This document shows positions 58,701 to 64,000 of a stretch of DNA of 64,000 bases, in pieces (positions within the stretch are counted from its first letter, which is position 1; each line of letters begins with the position of its first letter). The translations under genes were made by a program, and so were the position numbers. This DNA comes from Eledone cirrhosa (taxonomy: Eukaryota). Under the pieces are notes generated by a model. The model was not told the origin of the DNA, searched no databases, and saw only the letters and a list, made by a program, of their open reading frames with translations. The stretch lies in contig OZ024742.1 of the NCBI GenBank assembly GCA_964016885.1, forward strand, positions 247,256,001 through 247,320,000, written 5' to 3'.

Positions 58701-59604
58701 GAACTTTTGGGTTGTTGTGTATTCTTTTTCTGTGATGCTGGTGTTATGTTGCATGTAGTGTAACAATTGGTTGGTGTCAAATTTAATTGTTTCTACTTTA
58801 GGCACAAGGCCAGCAATTACCCAGTGCATTACTGATACTTTATTTTATCGACCCCGTAAGGATGAAAGGCAAAGTCAACCTCGGCGGGATTTGAACTCAG
58901 ATCGTAAAGTGACGTAACTATGCTGGAAAGCATGGCGTCAAACCCTCTACCGATACTGCCAATCCACCGCCTGGTTGGTGTCAAATTTAATGCTGTGTAG
59001 TGTGTATCGTTTTGGTTGTTTTGTTCTGTTTGCGTTTGTTGTGGGTTTGTTTCTGTTACTCTTTTTGGTGACTTTTGTGGTGTTGGTGATGGTGGTGTTG
59101 GGGTTAATGATGGTGATGGTGTTGGTGTTTGTGGTGTTGGGGTTGGTGATGCTGCTGTGGATGGTGGCATATCTGTCTTAACTTTCTTGTTTGCTAATTT
59201 ATTTTTAGCCCTCTGTATCTTGTTTTTGGAGGGGAGGGAAGAGAATTTTTTCTTTTTTGGTTTCTTTATTTTTTTTCCTGATACCGTTTCCCACTCCTCG
59301 TCGTCACAATCTGTCTCCAGTTGCGATAAGCCGGGGAGTGGAAAATCCTCCACAGACGTTGGTTTTGGTTGTGGTGTGGTGGATGGTGTAGGCGCTGGTG
59401 CTAGTTGGGTGGTGGTGGTTTTGCTACTGATGCTGGGGTTGTTGCTGTTACAGTTGCTTCTGTTGTTGCTGCTACAGCTGTTGCTGCCATTTCTGCTGCT
59501 GGTGGTGTTGCTGGTTGAGTCACTGGGGTGGGTAAGAGAGGTGGCCTCAACCTTTTAGCCTGAGGGCAAAAAGCCCTTAGGTGGGTTCCTTCACCATTGA
59601 TCAT
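55741..59604 (-). mobile_element. Tx1/L1-type LINE (ORF1 fragment + ORF2 with internal deletion and frameshifts)
   Basis: APE (SINVRGL, VYAP, VGDWN, YLDRV, SYTDH), RT YADDV, GGLGMP, C-terminal CQRC..ETVLHALV, and ORF1 zinc-knuckle remnant THLRAFCP. Confidence 0.9.
58788..58971 (-). mobile_element. Full-length SINE with 20-bp target-site duplication, inserted in the Tx1-like ORF1
   Basis: TSD tggttggtgtcaaatttaat at 58768-58787 and 58972-58991. Confidence 0.95.
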
Positions 59605-59619
59605 ATAATTTCAATGTGC

Positions 59620-60292
59620 AGTCCTATAGCTCCATCCGAATACCTAAACAGGCACGACAGAGCTGCATAATACATACATTGGATAATGTGTAAGCATTTT
59701 TACCTGACCCATCAAAAGAATTGGTAGGAGCATCAACCACCTCCCGTACTTGAAAAATATCACATCTCAATCTTGTAGAACTTTAGCATCCAAACAGACC
59801 GAAAAATAGATGCAAATAGACCTGATATAACACTGAACGACTTTAAAAAGAGGGTATGCCTGCTAATTGATATGTCCGTTCCAATAGACAAGAATGTATC
59901 TATAAAAACATTTGAAAAATTGAGAAAGTATAAGGACCTGGAGATAGAAATTGGAAAAATGTGGAAGTTGAGAACTAAAACAATACCAGTGGTTGTAGGC
60001 GCTCTAGGAATGATACCTAAGGGGTCTAATGATTACTTATCGCAAATCCCAGGAAACCCGCGTATAGGAGAAATACAAAAGATAGTACTAATGGGAACTG
60101 CCCATATACTAAAGAAGATTCTGTCAATATAATTACATCACAAGTCTAAACACCTACAGATACATCTGTGTGTATGTATGTTCTTTCTTGAACATGGCGG
60201 ACCTTTTTGACTCTTGAGGTCACTGGTTGTGATTTGGTGATAACTCGTATGAACATAAAGCAAAATAAATGCAACTCTAATAACAATAATAA
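59620..60292 (+). mobile_element. 3' fragment of a different R4/Dong-type subfamily (RLE domain)
   Basis: NRPDI upstream; ORF 59872-60132 EKLRKYKDLEIEI..TIPVVVGALG; (TAA) tail. Confidence 0.8.
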
Positions 60293-60473
60293 TTGTTTCT
60301 ACTTTAGGCACAAGGCCAGCAATTCACCAGTGCATTACTGGTACTTTATTTTATCGACGCCGTAAAGATGAAAGGCAAAGTCAACCTCGGCGGGATTTGA
60401 ACTCAGATCGTAAAGGGACGTAACTATGCTGGAAAGCATGGCGTCCGACCCTCTACTGATACTGCCAATCTAC
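60290..60473 (-). mobile_element. Full-length SINE sharing the (TAA) tail with the R4-type fragment
   Basis: Same family sequence as 58788-58971. Confidence 0.9.
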
Positions 60474-60888
60474 CATTATCAATATTATCAGTTAGTAGAT
60501 ATTTCCATGTATATATTATTGCGGGGCCATGTGAGTACGTATGGGTCTGTGTTTGTATGTATGCATGAGGGGATGTGTTTAGTGTGTCTGTATATATGTG
60601 TTGGTGTGGGTTCGAAAGTATATAGACTAATTTTTCAATTTGAAGAAACTCTGCAGTTGAAATGCAGCAATGCAATGCTAAATGCTAAAACACACGAATA
60701 CACACGCGCGCGCACGTATCTCTCTATCTCTCTATCTCTCTCTCTATATATATATATACATACAAAGAGAGAGAGTGAGAGAGATAGAGAGAGTTAGAGA
60801 GGGAGAGAGAGAGAATGAGAAAGTGAGAGATAGTGAGAGAGAGTATATATGTAAATGTATATATATATACTTAAACACAAACACACCA

Positions 60889-60939
<51 letters not shown>

Positions 60940-61504
60940 GGGTGGGGAGGTATTGTGTTTATGTGTTTGTGTCTGTGTATGTCTCTATGTGAATGAATTA
61001 AATTAAATAGAACAGTTTATAGTTATTTTATTTGCAATGTAAACGTGCCTGCAGCCACCCACATATAATATAGTGTAATATTGAAAAGAACAGTGATATA
61101 TACAGTATATACGTTTATAATACAAATTAAAACAACATAGAGAAGATCACATCACATCATATATTATATGTATTATGGTAGTATTCCATGTTAGATATGA
61201 TACGATTAAGTACTTACAATAAATATATTATATTTTATATTATATTCAATGATGATGAATCCTTGTAGGTTTCGACGGGGTGCATTCAGCTGTTCGTTTA
61301 AGTGAATGTGAATTTATGTACGTGTATGCGGATGAGTACTCCGCAACAGCATATGTCCTATAATGTAATTCTCTGTCAGAGTGAGTGTGACATGAGGTTG
61401 GACACTGGCTGAAACGTTGTATTACCGGCACCATCCATCTGACATTACGAAATATGTCGAATACTGATGAAGTTTAACCGCTTCAGATTTCGTTGAACAT
61501 TTAG

Positions 61505-61570
<66 letters not shown>

Positions 61571-61662
61571 CAGTATAACAGAAAACAAAAGACAAACAAA
61601 CGCAGGAGTAAATGTTACAAATATTATTATGTATATATATATATATATATTTCGTTTCTGAA

Positions 61663-61689
61663 TTTGGCAACATGACCCTCCCAAGGCAT

Positions 61690-61735
<46 letters not shown>

Positions 61736-61763
61736 GGATTTTAGTCTTCAATTTTATTATTAT

Positions 61764-61837
<74 letters not shown>

Positions 61838-62100
61838 ATACTTTGGGAGGGTCATGTTGCCAATAAGAAACACACGCACCAGATGCTTTCACTTCAGTTC
61901 AGTTTATTATATATTTATAAATTTATAAATTTACAAATTTACAAACTTATAAATTTCTGGTTGGTTGGTTGGTTCCACAACCAGATAGTTGTTTATATAT
62001 AGTCATAGTCCTTTCGTCACACACTCTGTGACCTCTTCAGTGACTGGGGATTCCTTTCCTTTGTTTCTGTGCCTTTCCTTTCTTCTATCCTACGCCATTT
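61663..62100. mobile_element. Family J element (61832-62100, minus) with an inverted terminal fragment (61663-61695) and a family B end fragment (61735-61770) in (TA)n
   Basis: tggcaacatgaccctcccaaggcataacaa versus ttgttatactttgggagggtcatgttgcca. Confidence 0.75.
62001..62045 (-). ncRNA. Type I hammerhead ribozyme (family J)
   Basis: Reverse complement reads agtca-CTGAAGA-G-GTCAC-agagtgt-GTGAC-GAAAG-GA-CTA-tgact. Confidence 0.75.
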
Positions 62101-62129
62101 TGTTTCTGTGTGTGTGTTGTGTGATCAGT

Positions 62130-63742
62130 TTCTTGGGTTTTTCATCCGCTTCCTTGTGAGTACCAATTCACACCCACCGGCCTGCGCAAGCGCATGTCCG
62201 AAGGAAGTTGACCATTCTCCACCGCAGACTTCAACGAAATTTGCTTAGTCAGTTCACCCTGTCATCCAAAACAATGGCCCACCAATGCCTGTACCATATT
62301 TTACTGCTACTATATATCACAGCATTATTATTAAAGGACTTGAACATCTGAAACTACTTCGCTTTTCCTTATTTGATATTTACTCCGTCACTCCTATGTG
62401 GAAAAAGTACGTTGAGTGCTTGAATTGAATTGCATCAATATTTACCCTAATAATTTAGCTCCAATAGTTGAGCGCTTTACGATGTAACCGATATGGTGGA
62501 GAAGAGAGGAACCAACCATAAGCTACCCCGGAAATTCCCTCTACCATGGGGATGGAAACCCCTTACACTGGACGGACATAATAATAATTTTCGGCAGGAT
62601 AAATACGCGGAAACAAATAATAGGATAAACCCCTATTTTCCTGCACCAAATCGCACTTGAACAGAGGCCCCCTCAATTCAATCTATACATGGACAGATGG
62701 ACAATCATATGGATCATATATGTACTCTGTGTTTTTGCATTTATTCACTGTTGGTTCTGTTCTTTTCTTCTGTGTACTTTATGTCTGTTTTTCTTTGATT
62801 TTGTTCCATGTGATGGAAATTAGGACTGTGTACCAGATTCACTAATGCCTGGAGCCCTGTAGTTATAATGTACGACACCGTCGTTCAATATGTGGATAGA
62901 GTAACTGTGACACTAGAATCCCTCTCAGAACATATTACTTAAACACCTCTCTCCATATTATTTACTCACTTAAGTCTATATCTTTACTCACCTCAATCCG
63001 AATTATCACCTGAAAAGAATTTTTTTAATTCTTTTTTTAATTCTTTATTTTCTAATTGTTAATTTCTTAATTGTTTAATTTATAATTTCTGATATTTAAT
63101 TTTTATTTCCAACTCTCACTCTTTACTTCCAACATAAAACCATGATACCTAGAATAAGTTTATTTTCCCTAATAAGGTGATGGTCAGTCGTACCGGCAAC
63201 GTTTAGTGAGGGGTAGTATTATGACCTGTAAAAACTAACACTCTCCCATCCCCTCTGGCTCTCGGCTGACTGTCACAGCCGTGATGGGTAGCAGTAAAAT
63301 ATGGTACAGGCATTGGTGGGCCATTGTTTTGGATGACAGGGTGAACTGACTAAGCAAATTTCGTTGAAGTCTGCGGTGGAGAATGGTCAACTTCCTTCGG
63401 ACATGCGCTTGCGCAGGCCAGTGGGGGTGAATTGGTACTCACAAGGGAGCGGATGAAAAACCCAAGAACACGCAATTCATCCGTTCCCTTGTCGATCCAA
63501 TTTGGATTGCCTCGGAAACATAACCTTATTATGTGACAAGCTGTCTGATGATAACACGACACTCGCACACAGAACAGTGTGGCCAGTGTCGTCACTGAAA
63601 TATATATCACAGCATTATTATTAAAGGACTTGAACATCTGAAACTACTTCGCTTTTCCTTATTCGATATTTACTCCGTCACTCCTATTTGGAAAAAGTAC
63701 GTTGAGTGCTTGATTTGAATTGCATCAATGTTTACCCTAATA
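62130..63742. repeat. Composite: ~180-bp inverted repeat (62130-62310 / 63287-63468) interleaved with a ~140-bp direct repeat (62311-62452 / 63601-63742)
   Basis: Directly visible near-identical copies; HHR-like ccgaaggaaGTTGA...TCAAC-GAAA inside the inverted arm. Confidence 0.85.
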
Positions 63743-64000
63743 TATATATACATATAGTGATGAAAGATAAGTCAATTGCATGAACTCATAATCCTTTATT
63801 TACTGCTATATATAATTTGATGATAGCCATTGAATGGCTATGACCTCATCAGGCAGTTAGTCAGTTCTTAGATATGCCAGCTCTGTGTTTATGGTGTTGA
63901 TGGTATCAGATCCTTGGGACATATGAGCTTGTTAGGGATAATTTAATGTTGTCAGCACGTATAATCTGAATTCTCATTGGTCAGTGTGTAGATGGTAGTG

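Noticed and set aside
61245-61500. Several HHR-like strings (atgatga, catgaggttgg..gaaacgtt, ctgatgaagtttaac)
   Set aside because: I could not assemble core plus stems convincingly; at best these are heavily decayed.

Overview
AT-rich, repeat-saturated eukaryotic DNA, very probably from an octopus or other coleoid cephalopod. That assignment is an inference from the (TA)n/(CA)n/(GA)n load, the octopus-type tRNA-derived SINEs and the LINE complement. No intact host gene is evident, and most ORF-track entries are microsatellite read-through. The window holds fragments of RTE, CR1/L2-type, Penelope-like (PLE), R4/Dong-type and Tx1/L1-type retrotransposons. It also holds about 9 SINE copies, a tandem Helitron-like non-autonomous array, two large minisatellites, and possibly a chain of micro-exons from the 3' end of a + strand host gene. 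The most striking structure is a dense set of short non-coding elements from at least 10 distinct families, mostly embedded in or beside (TA)n tracts. Many are asymmetric fold-back palindromes, and nearly all carry type I hammerhead ribozyme (HHR) motifs: about 25-30 motifs including degenerate ones, folded by eye only. Some show core variants (U3:A8 covariation, CCGA/CAGA cores), very long stem II insertions, or circularly permuted monomers. They look like a PLE-mobilised, retrozyme-like family system.
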